DNA of 64,000 nt from Raja brachyura. Taxonomy: Eukaryota. Position 1 is the stretch's first letter. Each line of letters begins with the position of its first letter. Positions 24,501 to 39,500 of the stretch are shown piece by piece. The notes beneath the pieces were generated by a model that saw nothing but the letters and a program-made list of their open reading frames with translations, was not told where the DNA came from and did not search any database. The stretch is from positions 14,198,001 to 14,262,000 of the forward strand of contig OY740810.1 of the NCBI GenBank assembly GCA_963514005.1. The letters are read 5' to 3'. Position numbers and translations under genes: made by a program.

Positions 24501-27500
24501 AAGCAAAGTGGAATGGGAGAATGGGGATGGATGGAAGGGAATGGGAAAATGGGTGCACATTCAACTGTAACACCGGGGGGGTTTGGGGGGAGAGGGGTAG
24601 GTTGAAATGTTACATTTGTAGGTTGAAATGTTAAATTGAACAACTCATTGTTCACATTGATAGTTTGAAGGTTGTCATGTAAAATGATTCATATTGTTAG
24701 GCTCCAAACCAGCACATCAGATTACAAGTAAGAAAGAACTGCAGATGCTGGTAAAATCAAAGGTAGACACAAAATGCGGGAGTAATGCAACAGGTGAAGC
24801 AGCATCTCTAGAGAGTAGAAAGGGTCTCGACCCAAAATGTCACCCATTCCTTCTCTCCAGAGATACTGCCTCACCCGCTGAGTTACACCAGCATTGTGTG
24901 TCTACATCTAATTATGAGGTCCTTTTCCTCCAGCTTAAATGTGGTTCCCCTCTGGCTATCGATGAGGCTCGACACAGACACGTTGTTATGGGAATGGGAA
25001 GGGGAGTCAAAATGTTTTGCAACACGGAAATCCAGCAAACCTTTGTCGACTTTGCATCTGTTCGAAAATAAACTTTCACCTAGATGATGCTTGTACTTGC
25101 CGATATAAAGGAGACCACATCGAGAGCAGCAAATACAGGAGATGGGTTTAGAGACTGGTGTGCAAAATCCAAGAATGAGGGGAAATCTATCCTTGGTCAG
25201 CATGGGTGAGGGGGATGCAAGAGCAGATAATCAGCCACAGCAACATTTCAGGTGTGCTCTTTTCTAACATTGCAACTACTTTGCACTAAATTATTTTTAT
25301 CAATGACTTTTGTTTTTTTGCAGAGAGGTAATGCACCAGAGTACCAGAATTACAGCTCATTGTTTATTCCAAAACGTTTCCACCATGGAACCCATCAAGC
25401 GACAAGTGGTTTATGAAGTAATTAGAGTGAAAACCCATGACTTTACCGCACTGGGACAATATCCATTGCAAAGTGACAGCCTCTATGTAGAAGGTACTTA
25501 TCAAAATAATCCTCAATCTTTTTCTATGTATTCTACTTCACGCAATCTACCGTAGGTGTTGACGGAGTCAAGTCCTTTGGGAATTCAGATCCGGGAGGAT
25601 CAGGTATGATGTCCGATGGGCTTTGGGAAAGTGAATCTTGAAGTCATTCATGAAAGTCATCCTGACTAACTTGAGGGAGAAATAGGCGCGGGTCCAGTTG
25701 GGGCACAGGAGAGGGAGGTGGGGAAGGGGCTAAGATACAGCCTCTATGTAAACGGTACTTATCAACATTTCCTTGGTGTTTCTCTTCCTATTGTTAATTG
25801 TTCAATCTATGGTAACTATTGATTTATAGGCATGTTCTTTGGTATTTACAAATTTAGATCAGGGACAACCAGGCATGATATCCTATGGGATCTGACAAAG
25901 CAAACCTTAAAATCATTCACAGACTTTCTCTTCGTAGCCTGCCTTTGCACAAACACACTGCCTCACTGGTATGATCCACTCACAAAAGGGTTTTCTTCCT
26001 GATAAATGTTCAAGGAGCAGGTAAAAAAAAACTCCTCCATTAAAAGGTTACATGCTTTTTTAGAAGACACAAATTGCTAGAGTAACTCAGCGGGTCAGAC
26101 AGCATCACTGGAGAACGTGAATGGCTGACATTTCAGCCCGGGATCCTTGTTCAGACTGATTATGGGGTGGTGGGGGGAGAAGAAAGCTGGAAGAGAAGGG
26201 AGGCAGTACAAAGCACGTCAGATAATAGGTGAATACAGGTGAGGTCGAGTTTAGATACGCAGAAGGTTGGACAAAGGGTAGAGACGAAAAAACATAAAGT
26301 GTGAGGGAAAAGGATTGAAGAGTTGCAAATTTGAAGTCAGAAAAAGGAATGTAGATGGAGGGCAAGGGGGAGGAGTTTATTAGGTGCGTGCCCAGGTGGG
26401 ACACTGTGTTGTTGTGGTTGGTGGGTTTTTAAAGGTTGCCTAAACATGAAGATTTAAAGTTCTACCTATGTTTCACTGTTTGTTTTCAGATTTCAATGTA
26501 CAGCCCAATGTTAATGGTGAGTTTATATCAAACGTATCAAATAATTGGCTCACGTTACATTTGTTCTTCTCCATCTGTTGCTTCAACTCTGTAGAATTCC
26601 AGTGCCTGGAAACTGTTTTTTAATTATTTGAAAATCGTGGTACTCACAACATGCTAAATTGGTTAATCTATTTCCACAGTTCCAATTCCAATCGAAGTAC
26701 TAAAACCCATTAAATACAACGTGACTTTCATTGTTGACAAACTGTCTATTGAAGAAATTCAAGCAAACCCTTTAGAAACAGCAACCATGATTGCAAATAA
26801 GGTGAGAGAGTTTACCAATTAGTGTTTTGCTGATATAATGCTAATTCATCCCCTTTTTTATGTCTCATTCTAACACCATTTTTCTTGCCTCAGCTCACAG
26901 ACCTGTTTGAGAACAGCAGTATCAATGTAACATTCTTAAAATGTGCCGTGAAATCATTCAGGTAACTTACAATATCTTACTGATTAAATCATGAAAATTG
27001 CATTCCTTTGTCTCCAAATTGTTAATGCACAGTGATTCCAAATGGTAAAGATGATAATCTCATAAACACATTTCCTACAAATATCAGTGCAAAGTCAATA
27101 TAAACTCTAACACAAAAAGGCACGATGTGCTGGAGTATCTCAGCGGGTCAGTCGGCAAATCTGGAGAACATGGCTTGGCAGAGTTTTGGGTCGGGCCCTT
27201 CTTCAAACTGATTGCAGTACGGGGTGAGAAAGCTTCAAGAGAGGTGGAAAGGGGATGACCACATGTGGCAAGTGATAGTAGGATACAAGTGATGGCGAGG
27301 GAGCAGTTGATTGGCCAATGCTTGCTGAAAATCCAGAGATGAAAAGACAAAAGTTTCAATATAGGGAGTTAGGCATAGAAGTCAAAATAATTATGAAGCC
27401 AGTGGAAGCAAAGTGGAATGGGAGAATGGGGATGGATGGAAGGGAATGGGAAAATGGGTGCACATTCAACTGTAACACCGGGGGGGTTTGGGGGGAGAGG

Positions 27501-30500
27501 GGTAGGTTGAAATGTTACATTTGTAGGTTGAAATGTTAAATTGAACAACTCATTGTTCACATTGATAGTTTGAAGGTTGTCATGTAAAATGATTCATATT
27601 GTTAGGCTCCAAACCAGCACATCAGATTACAAGTAAGAAAGAACTGCAGATGCTGGTAAAATCAAAGGTAGACACAAAATGCGGGAGTAATGCAACAGGT
27701 GAAGCAGCATCTCTAGAGAGTAGAAAGGGTCTCGACCCAAAATGTCACCCATTCCTTCTCTCCAGAGATACTGCCTCACCCGCTGAGTTACACCAGCATT
27801 GTGTGTCTACATCTAATTATGAGGTCCTTTTCCTCCAGCTTAAATGTGGTTCCCCTCTGGCTATCGATGAGGCTCGACACAGACACGTTGTTATGGGAAT
27901 GGGAAGGGGAGTCAAAATGTTTTGCAACACGGAAATCCAGCAAACCTTTGTCGACTTTGCATCTGTTCGAAAATAAACTTTCACCTAGATGATGCTTGTA
28001 CTTGCCGATGTAAAGGAGACCACATCGAGAGCAGCAAATACAGGAGATGGGTTTAGAGACTGGTGTGCAAAATCCAAGAATGAGGGGAACACTATCCTTG
28101 GTCAGCATGGGTGAGGGGGATGCAAGAGCAGATAATCAGCCACAGCAACATTTCAGGTGTGCTCTTTTCTAACATTGCAACTACTTTGCACTAAATTATT
28201 TTTATCAATGACTTTTGTTTTTTTGCAGAGAGGTAATGCACCAGAGTACCAGAATTACAGCTCATTGTTTATTCCAAAACGTTTCCACCATGGAACCCAT
28301 CAAGCGAGAAGTGGTTTATGAAGTAATTAGAGTGAAAACCCATGACTTTACCGCACTGGGACAATATCCATTGCAAAGTGACAGCCTCTATATAGAAGGT
28401 ACTTATCAAAATAATCCTCAATCTTTTTCTATGTATTCTACTTCACGCAATCTACCGTAGGTGTTGACGGAGTCAAGTCCTTTGGGAATTCAGATCCGGG
28501 AGGATCAGGTATGATGTCCGATGGGCTTTGGGAAAGTGAATCTTGAAGTCATTCATGAAAGTCATCCTGACTAACTTGAGGGAGAAATAGGCACGAGTCC
28601 AGTTGGGGCACAGGAGAGGGAGGTGGGGAAAGGGGCTAAGATACAGCCTCTATGTAAACGGTACTTATCAACATTTCCTTGGTGTTTCTCTTCATATTGT
28701 TAATTGTTCAATCTACGGTAACTATTGATTTATAGGCATGTTCTTTGGTATTTACAAATTTAGATCAGGGACAACCAGGCATGATATCCTATGGGATCTG
28801 ACAAAGCAAACCTTAAAATCATTCACAGACTTTCTCTTCGTAGCCTGCCTTTGCACAAACACACTGCCTCACTGGTATGATCCACTCACAAAAGGGTTTT
28901 CTTCCTGATAAATGTTCAAGGAGCAGGTAAAAAAAAACTCCTCCATTAAAAGATTACATGCTTTTTTAGAAGACACAAAGTGCTAGAGTAACTCAGCGGG
29001 TCAGGCAGCATCACTGGAGAACGTGAATGGGTGACATTTCAGCCCGAGATCCTTGTTCAGACTGATTATGGGGTAGTGGGGGGAGAAGAAAGCTGGAAGA
29101 GAAGGGACGTAGTACAAAGCACGTCAGATAATAGGTGAATACAGGTGAGGTCGAGTTTAGATACGCAGAAGGTTGGACAAATGGTAGAGACGAAAAAACA
29201 TAAAGTGTGAGGGAAAAGGATTGAATGGTTGCAAATTTGAAGTCAGTAATAGGAACGTAGATGGAGGGCAAGGGGGAGGAGTTTATTAGGTGCGTGCCCA
29301 GGTGGGACACAGTGTTGTTGTGTTTGATGGGTTTTTAAAGGTTGCCTAAACATGAAGATTTAAAGTTCTACCTATGTTTCTCTGTTTGTTTTCAGATTTC
29401 AATGAACAGCCTAATGTTAATGGTGAGTTTATATCAAACGTATCAAATAATTGGCTCACGTTACATTTGTTCTTCTGCATTTGTTGCTTAAACTCTGTAG
29501 AATTCCAGTGCTGGGAAACAGTTATTAAACTATTTGAAAATCGTGGTACTTTCAACATGCTAAATTGGTTAATCTATTTCCACAGTTCCAGTTCCAATTC
29601 CAATCGAAGTAATAAAACCCATTAAATACAATGTGACTTTCATTGTTGACAAACTGTCTATTGAAGAAATTCAAGCAAACCCTTTAGAAACAGCAACCAT
29701 GATTGCAAATAAGGTGAGAGAGTTTACCAATTAGTGTTTTGCTGATATAGTACTTATTCATCCCCTTTTTTATGTCTCATTCTAACACCATTTTTCTTGC
29801 CTCAGCTCACAGACCTGTTTGAGAACAGCAGTATCAATGTAACATTCTTAAAATGTGCCGTGAAATCATTCAGGTAACTTACAATATCTTTCTGATTAAA
29901 TCATGAAATTTGCATTCCTTTGTCTCAAAATTGTTAATGTACAGTGATTCCAAATGGTAAAGATGATAATCTCACAAACACATTTCCTACAAATATCCGT
30001 GCAAAGTCAATATAAATTCTAATACAAAAAGGCACGATGTGCTGGAGTATCTCAGCGGGTCAGTCGGCAAACCTGGAGAACATGGCTTGGCAGAGTTTTG
30101 GGTCGGGCCCATCTTCAAACTGATTGCAGTATGGGGTGAGAAAGCTTCAAGAGAGGTGGAAAGGGGATGACCACATGTGGCAAGTGATAGTAGGATACAA
30201 GTGATGGCGAGGGAGCAGTTGATTGGCCAATGCTTGCTGAAAATCCAGAGATGAAAAGCCAAAAGTTTCAATGCAGGGAGTTAGGCATAGAAGTCAAAAT
30301 AATTATGAAGCCAGTGGAAGCAAAGGGGGGGGGGGGGGGGGGGAGGGGGGAAGGTTGAAATGCTATATTTGTAGGTTGAAATGTTAAATTGAACAACTCA
30401 TTGTTCATATTGATAGTTTGAAGGTTGTCACGTAAAATGATTCATATTGTTAGGCTCCAAACCAGCACATCAGAATACAAATACGAAAGAACTGCAGATG

Positions 30501-33500
30501 CTGGTAAAATCAAAGGTAGACACAAAATGCGGGAGTAATGCAACAGGTGAAGCATCATCTCTAGAGAAAAGAAAGGGTCTTGACCCGAAATGTCACCCAT
30601 TCCTTCTCTCCAGAGATATTGCCTCACCCGCTGAGTTACACCAGCATTTTGTGTCGACATCTAATTATGAGTTCCTTTTCCTCCAGCTTAAATGTGGTCC
30701 CCCTCTGGCTATCGATGAGGCTCGACACAGACACGTCGTTTTGGGAATGGGAAGGGGAGTCAAACTGTTTTGCAACCCAGAAATCCAGCAGACGTTTGTC
30801 GACCCTGCATCTGTTCGAAAATTAACTTTCACCTAGCCGATGCTTGGACTTGCCGATGTAAAGGAGACCACATCGAGCGCAGCAAATACAGGAGATGGGT
30901 TTAGAGACTGTTGTGTAAAATCCAAGAATGAGGGGAACTCTATCCTTGGTCAGCATGGGTGAGGGGGATGCAAGAGCAGATAATCAGCGACAGCAACATT
31001 TCAGGTGTGCTCTTTTCTAACATTGCAACTACTTTGCACTAAATTTTTTTTTTTTAATTCTTTTGCTTTTCTGCAGAGAGGTAACGCTGAGTACCAGAAT
31101 TACAGCTGATTGTTCATTCCAAAACGTGTCCACCATGGAACCCATCAAGCGAGAAGTGGTTTATGAAGTAATTAGAGTGAAAACCCATGACTTTACCGCA
31201 CTGGGACAATATCCATTGCAAAGTGACAGCCTCTATGTAGAAGGTACTTATCAAAATAATCCTCAATCTTTTTCTATGTATTCTACTTCACGCAATCTAC
31301 CGTAGGTGTTGACGGAGTCAAGTCCTTTGGGAATTCAGATCTAGGAGGATCAGGTATGATATCCGATGGGCTTTGGGAAGGTGAATCTTGAAGTCATTCA
31401 TGAAAGTCATCCTGACTAACAGGAGGGAGAAATAGGCGCGGGTCCAGTTGGGGCACAGGAGAGGGAGGTGGGGTTGGATGCGATTTGTTCGAGGATATTT
31501 AAAATTGGAAAACTCAATGTTCATCCTGTTGGTTGTAAACTGAGTATGTTTCTTTCTTTGCTTCCAGGTTACACTGTGCCACCCATTGTCATTGGTGAGT
31601 TTGGGCTTCCATTGAACTGTTTCGGGTTTCTTTGGTTATTCACTGTTTTCATGACACATCCAGCACAACATATTCTGCAAGAATATTTGTTGAAACTCAT
31701 GAAAAGATGCCTTGCCGTTTGCTCACAAAAACAATCTTGATTGAGAAATGAATGAATTGAAAACTTTCCTTGCTGTTCGCAAGGTTTTCTTAACAAAAGC
31801 AATTTTTATACCGATTTCTCAGCAAAGTTAGATACAATACACAAATTTTCCAGTCGACATCTAGTGCAGAAATTCACTCAAATGTATCAATCAATTGCCG
31901 CAGATCACATTTGTTCTTTTTGATCTGTTGCTAAGCTGCCACAAATTCCATTACAGGGAAACTAAACTATTGAAATATCATGGTACTTGCAGCAAGTTGA
32001 ATTACTTCCTCTATTTCCACAGTTCCAGTCGAGGAATCAAATCCCACTACTTACAACGTGACATTCATTGTTGACAGCCTGTCTATTGAAGAAATTCAAG
32101 CAAATCCTTCAGAAACAGCGACCATGATTGCATCTGAGGTGAGAGAGTTTACAAGTTAGTTTACTGATGATGTTTTACTTCATCGTACCCTTTTGTTTCT
32201 CATTCTGACTCAATTATTATTACTGCCTTCAGCTCACCGACCTGTTCGAAAATAGCAGTATCAATGCTACATTCTTGACATGTGTTGTGGAATCCTTCAG
32301 GTAAATCAAAATAACTTTCGTATTAAATGATAAAAACCGCATCCTTTAATTTCCACTTGTCAACACTCAATAATCCCAATTTGCAAACAGTAAATGCATA
32401 AGCAAATTTCCCACAAATATCACGTAGAATTAATATAAATTCTACCAGAAAAAGGTACGATGTACAGGAGTCTCCTGGTGAGTCAGGCAGCAAATCTGTA
32501 AATCCTGGCGAGGCAAAGTTTTGTAGTAGGGATTCCAGTCATCGGTTTTTCGGCGATCTGCTACGACTATGACAGTCGCCGGCAGTCGTAGAAAATATTG
32601 CTTAAGTCGGACAGGCCCATAATGCTCTAAGCTACTCCTCGGAATATGAGGTGCTGTTCCTCCAGTTTAAGTGCGGCCTCACTCTAGATTTGGATGAGGC
32701 CCAGGACAGACAGTTTGTTTTGGGAATGGAAAGGGGAGTTAAATTGTTTTTGAACCGGGATTTCCAGCTGACCTTGGACGACTCTGCACGTGTTCGGCGA
32801 AAAAGTCACCTTGACACTGTTTGGTCTTGCTGACGTATAGGACACCACATAAGGTACATCAAATGCAGTAGGTGGTGTTAGTGACAGGTGGGGTGTAAAC
32901 TAAGGATGGGGGAAACTATCCTTGCTCCGTCTGGGTGAGGGTGAGGGTGAGGGTGATGTGAGAGCAGATCTAGAGGAGATTTGGGTAAGGGATCCATCTA
33001 AAACGTCATAGGGTAATCTATATTTACATTAGAAAGAGGACATCTTGGATGTCCTAGGATGGGAAGTCACATCATGGGTGAAGATGGAGCGGAGACGAAC
33101 AAATTGAGTCGGATTTCACTGACCATTGCTTAGACACCAGTACTCAGCCACGGCAACTTTTCAGCTGTGTTCTTGCTGGCACTTCAAACAACTTTGCACT
33201 AAATTCTTTTACACTTATCACAAATGTCTTTTACTTTTTCGCAGAGAGGAAGTGGTTAACAGCTCCAGAGTGACAGCTAAATGTTCATTCCAAAACATGT
33301 CAACAATGGAACCCATCAACCGAGAAGATGTTTATGATGTATTTAGCGAGAAGACCGATGACATTTCCTCACTGGGGCCATACGTACTGCAAAGCTACAG
33401 CCTCCATGTAGACGGTACTTATCAAAATATTCCTAGGTGTTTCTCTTCATATTGTATTTGTGCAATCTACGGTAACTATTGATTTATATTCACGTTCTTT

Positions 33501-36500
33501 GGTATTTACTTATCTAGATCAGGGATCTGAGAAAGCAAACCCTAAAATCATTCACAGTCTTGCTTTTCGTATCCTGTTACTTGCTTTTATAAAAGTTACT
33601 TGCTTTTATAGAAGAAACAAAGCGCTAGAGTAACTCAGCGGGTCAGGCAGCATCACTGGAGAATGTGAATGGGTGACATTTCAGCTTGAGATCCTTCTTC
33701 AGACCGATTGTGGGGGGGGTGGGGGGAGAAGAAAGCTGGAAGTGAAGGGAGTCAGTACAAATCACATCATTAATAGGTGAACACAGGTGAAGTAGAGTTT
33801 AGATATGCAGAAGGTTGGACAAATGGTAGAGACGAAAAAACAAAAAGTGTGATGGAAAAGGATTGAAGAGTTGCAAATTTGAAGCCAGAAATAGGAATTT
33901 GGATGGAGGGCAAGGGCGAGGAGTTTAATAGGTATGTGGCCAGGTGTGGTTATGGTTGGTCTGATTTTAAAGGGTGCCGAAACTTGCACATTTAAAGTTC
34001 TACCTATATTTCTCTGTTTGTTTTCAGATTTCAATGTGCAGCCCAATGTCACTGGTGAGTTTGCATCAAATGCATGAAAAAATGGGCTCACGTTGCATTT
34101 CTTCTTCTCCATCTGTTGCTTAAATTCTGTAGAAATCCAGTACTGGGAAACAGTTTTTAAACTATTTGAAAAGCACGGTACTCACAACACGCTAAATTGC
34201 TTAATCTATTTCCACAGTTCCTGTTCCAATCGAGGTAACAAATCCCAATAAATACAATATGACTTTCATTGTTGACAATCTGTCCATTGAAGAAATTCAA
34301 GCAAACCCTTCAGAAACTGCAACCAAGATTGCAAATGAGGTGAGAGAGTTTACCAATTAGTTTACTGATGATGTTTTACTTCATCGTACCCTTGTATTTC
34401 TCATTCTGACTCAATTATTATTACTGCCTTCAGCTCACCGACCTGTTCGAAAATAGCAGTATCAATGCTACATTCTTGACATGTGTTGTGGAATCCTTCA
34501 GGTAACTCAAAATAACCTTCGTACTAAATGATAAAAAGCGCATCCTTTAACTTCCACTTGTTAAAGCTCAATAATTCCAATTTGCAAACACATTAAATGC
34601 ATAAGCAAATTTTCCACAAATATCACGTAGAATTAATATAAATTCCACCAGAAAAAGGTACAATGTGCTCGAGACTCCTGGTGAGTCAGACAGCAAATCT
34701 GTAAACACTGGCGAGGCAAAGTTTTGTAGTAGGGGTTCCAGTCGTTGGTTTTTCGGCAACCTGCTACGACTGAGTCGCCGGCAGTCGTTGAAAATATTGC
34801 CTAAGTAGGACAGGCACATAATGCTCTATGAGGTGCTGTTCCTCGAGTTTAAGTGTGGCCTCACTCTGGCAATGGATGAGGCCCAGGACAGATAGTTTAT
34901 TTTGGGAATCGAAAGTGGAGTTAAATTGTTTTTGAACAAGGATTTTCAGCAGCCCTTGGACAACCCTGCACATGTTTGGCGAAAAAGTCACCTAGACACT
35001 GTTTAGTCTTGCTGACCTATAGGACATCACATAAGGTGCATCAAATGCAGTCGGTGGTGTTAGCGACAGGTGTGGTTTAAACTAAGGATGCGGGAAACTA
35101 TCCTTGCTCTGTCTGGGTGAGGGTGATGTGAGAGCAGATCTAGAGGAGATTTGGGTAAGGGATCCATCTAAAATGTCCAAGGCTAATCAACATTGATATT
35201 AGAAAGGGGTTATCTTGGATGTCCTAGGATGGGAAGTCACATCGTTGGTGAAGATGGGGCGGAGACGGACAAATTGAGTCGGATTTCTCTGACCATTGCT
35301 TAGACACCAGTACTCAGCCACGGCAACTTTTCAGCTGTGTTCTTGCTGGCACTTCAAACAACTTTGCACTAAATTCTTTTACACTTATCACAAATGTCTT
35401 TTACTTTTTCGCAGAGAGGAAGTGGTTAGCAGCACCAGAGTGACAGCTAAATGTTCATTCCAAAACATGTCAACAATGGAACCCATCAACCGAGAAGATG
35501 TTTATGATGTATTTAGCGAGAAGACCGATGACATTTCCTCACTGGGGCCATACGTACTGCAAAGCTACAGCCTCTATGTAGACGGTACTTATCAGAATAT
35601 TCCTTGGTGTTTCTCTTCATATTGTATTTGTGCAATCTACGGTAACTATTGATTTATAGTCACATTCTTTGGTATTTACATATTTAGATCAGGGACAGCC
35701 AGGTATTATATCCTATAGGATCTGAGAAAGCAAACCTTAAAATCATTCACAGTCTTGCTGTTCGGAGCCTGCCTTAGCACAAAAACACTGCTTCCACTGG
35801 TATGACCCACTCACAAAAGGGTTTTCTTCCTGATAAATGTTCAAAAGGAGGCAAAACAAATACCCCATTAAAAGGTTACTTGCTTTTATAGAAGAAACAG
35901 AGTGCTAGAGTAACTCAGCGGGTCAGGCAGCATCACTGGAGAATGTGAATGGGTGACGTTTCAGCTCGAGGTCCTTCTTTTGACTGATTGAGGGAGGAGG
36001 AGAAAGCTGGAAGAGAAGGGAGCAGTACAAAGAACATCATTAATAGGTGAACACAGGTGAAGTAGAGTTTAGATACGCAGAAGGTTGGACAAATGGTAGA
36101 GATGAAAAAACATAAAGAGTGAGGGAAAAGGATTGAAGAGTTGCAAATTTGAAGCCAGAAATAAGAATGTAGATGGAGGGCAAGGGGGAGGAGTTTAATA
36201 GGTGTGTGCCCAGGTCTGGTTCTGGTTGTTCGGATTTTAAAGGTTGCCTAAACTTGAACATTTAAAGTTCTACCTATATTTCTCTGTTTGTTTTCAGATT
36301 TCAATGTACAGCCCAATGTCAATGGTGAGTTTGAATCAAATGCATGAAACAATGGGCTCACGTTGCATTTCTTCTTCTCCATCTGTTGCTTAAATTCTGT
36401 AGAAATCCAGTACTGGGAAACAGTTTTTAAACTATTCGAAAATCATGGTACTCACAACACGCTAAATTGCTTAATCTATTTCCACAGTTCCTGTTCCAAT

Positions 36501-39500
36501 CGAGGTAACAAATCCCAATAAATACAACGTGACTTTCATTGTTGACAATCTGTCGATTGAAGAAATTCAAGCAAACCCTTCAGAAACAGCAACCATGATT
36601 GCAAATGAGGTGAGAGTGTTTACCAATTAGTTTACTGATGATGTTTTACTTCAACGTACCCTTTTATTTCTCATTCTGACTCAATTATTATTACTGCCTT
36701 CAGCTCACCGACCTGTTCCAAAATAGCAGTATCAATGCTACATTCTTGACATGTGTTGTGGAATCCTTCAGGTAACTCAAAATAACATTCCTATTAAATT
36801 ATAAAAAGCGCATCCTTTAATTTCCACTTGTTAACGCTGAATAATTCCAATTTGCAAACACATTAAACGCATAAGCAAATTTCCCACAAATATCACGTGG
36901 AATTAATATAAATTCCACCAGAAAAAGGTACAATGTGCTCAAGACTCCTGGTGAGTCAGGCAGCAAATCTGTAAACACTATAAAAACTATCCTTGCTCCA
37001 TCTGGGTGAGGGTGATGTAAGAGCAGATCTAGAGGAGATTTGGGTAAGGGATCCATCTAAAACAGCCAAGGCTAATCTACATTTACATTAGAAAGAGGAC
37101 ATCTTGGATGTCCTAGGATGAGAAGTCACATCGTGGGTGAAGTTGGGGAGGAGACGGACAAATTAATTCAGACACCAGTATTCAGCCACGGCAACATTTC
37201 AGCTGTGTTCTTGTTGGCACTTCAAACAACTTTGCATTAAATAATTTTGCACTTATCACAAATGTCTTTTACTTTTTCGCAGAGAGGAAGTGGTTAACAG
37301 CACCAGAGTGACAGCTAAATGCTCATTCCAAAACATGTCAACAATGGAACCCATCAACCGAGAAGATGTTTATGATGTATTTAGCGAGAAGACGGATGAC
37401 ATTTCCTCACTGGGGCCATACATATTGCAAAGCTACAGCCTCCATGTAGACGGTACTTATCAAAATATTCCTTGGTGTTTCTCTTCATATTGTTTTTGTG
37501 CAACCTACGGTAACTGTTGATTTATAGTCAAGATCTTTGGTATTTACATATTTAGATCAGGGACAACCAGGTATGATATCCTATAGGATCTGACAAAGCA
37601 CACCTTAAAATCATTCACAGTCTTGCTCTTCGGAGCCAGGCTTTGCACAAACACACTGCCTCACTGGTATGACCCACTCACAAAAGGGCTTTCTTCCTGA
37701 TAAATGATCAAGGGGAGGCAAAAAAAAAACCACATTAAAAAGTTACTTGCTTTTATAGAAGAAACAAAATGCTAGAGTAACTCAGCGGGTCAGGCAGCAT
37801 CACTGGAGAATGTGAATGGGTGATGTTGCAGCTCGAGATCCTTCTTCAGACTGAATGTGGGAGGGAGGGGGGAGAAGAAAGCTGGAAGAGAAGGGAAGCA
37901 GTACAAAGCATGTCATTAATACGTGAACACAGGTGAAGTAGAGTTTAGATACGCAGATGGTTGGACAAATGATAGAGATGAAAAAACATAAAGTATGGGG
38001 GGAAAGGATTGAAGAGTTGCAAATTTGAAGCCAGAAATAGGAATGTAGATGGGGGGCAAGGGGGAGGAGTTTAATAGGTGTGTGCCCAGATGTGGTTGTG
38101 GTTGGTGGGTTTTTAAAGGTTGCCTAAACTTGAAGATTTAAAGTTCTACCTATATTTCTCTGTTTGTTTTCAGATTTCAATGTACAGCCCAATGTCAATG
38201 GTGAGTTTGTATCAAATGCATGAAACAATGGGCTCATATTGCATTTGTTCTTCCCCTTCTGTTGCTTAAACTCTGTAGAAATCTCGTACTGGGAATCAGT
38301 TTTTAAACTATTTGAAAATTGTGGTACTCACAACATGCTAAATTGCTTAATCCATTTCCACAGTTCCAGTTCCAATCGAGGTAACAAAGCCCAATGAATA
38401 CAACGTGACTTTCATTGTTGACAATCTGTCTATTCAAGAAATTCAAGCAAACCCTTCAGAAATAGCAACCATGATTGCAAATGAGGTGAGAGAGTTTACC
38501 AAATAGTTTTCTGCTGATATAGTACTTATTCATCCCCTTTGTTATGTCTCATTCTAACACCATTTTTCTTGCCTCAGCTCACAGACCTGTTTGAGGACAG
38601 CAGTATCGATACAACATTCTTAAAATGTGCCGTGATATCATTCAGGTAACTCACAATAACTTTCCGATTAAATCATGAAAATTGCATTCCTTTGTCTCCA
38701 TATTGTTAATGCACAGTGATTCCAAATGGGAAAGATGATAATCTCATGAACACATTTCCTACAAATATCAGTGCAAAGTCAATATAAATTCTCACAGAAA
38801 AAGACATGATGTGCTGGAGTATCTCAGCGGGACAGTCGGGAAATCTGGAGAACATGGCTTGGCAGAGTTCTGGGTCGGGCCCTTCTTCAGACTGATTGAA
38901 GTAGGGGTGAGAAAGCTGCAAGAGAGGTGGAAAGGGGATGACAAAGTGTGGCAAGTGATAGTACGATACAGGTGATGCGGAGTGAGCAGTTGATTGACCA
39001 ATGGTTGCAGAAACTCCAGAGATGAAAACACAAAAGGTTCAATACAGGGCGTCAGGTATAGAAGTCAAATTAATTATGAAAGTTGAGGAAGCATCGTTGA
39101 AGGGGATAATGGGGGGAGTAGAGGGGGGAAGGGAAAGCGAATAATGGGTGCACAGTCAGGTGTAGCACAGGGAAGAGTGGGGGGAAATTGAGGGGGAAGA
39201 GAGGCATTTGTATGTTCACACGTAAAATTGAACAACTCATTGTTCATACAGTTAGTTTGTAGGTTGTCACATAAAATGATTCATATTGTTAGACTCCAAA
39301 CCTACACATCAGATTATGAGGTGTATTTCCTCCAGCTTAAATGTGGTCTCCCTCTGGCTATCGATGAGGCTCGACACAGACACGTCGATATGGGAATGGG
39401 AAGGGGAGTCAAAATGTTTTGCAACCGGGGAACCCAGCAGGCATTGGTCGACCCTGCACCTCTTCGGAAAAAAACTGTCACCTAGACGATGCTTGGACTT

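Larger units (their letters stand above)
19922..31470. repeat. Four tandem copies of a ~2905-bp unit
   Basis: ORFs repeat at +2905 (21789/24694/27599; 22405/25310/28215); the same junction occurs at 22824, 25729 and 28635. Confidence 0.92.

Noticed and set aside
30325-30350. G-run or possible G-quadruplex (also 16858-16871)
   Set aside because: Homopolymer expansion within a purine-rich transposon remnant; not conserved across units and prone to sequencing error
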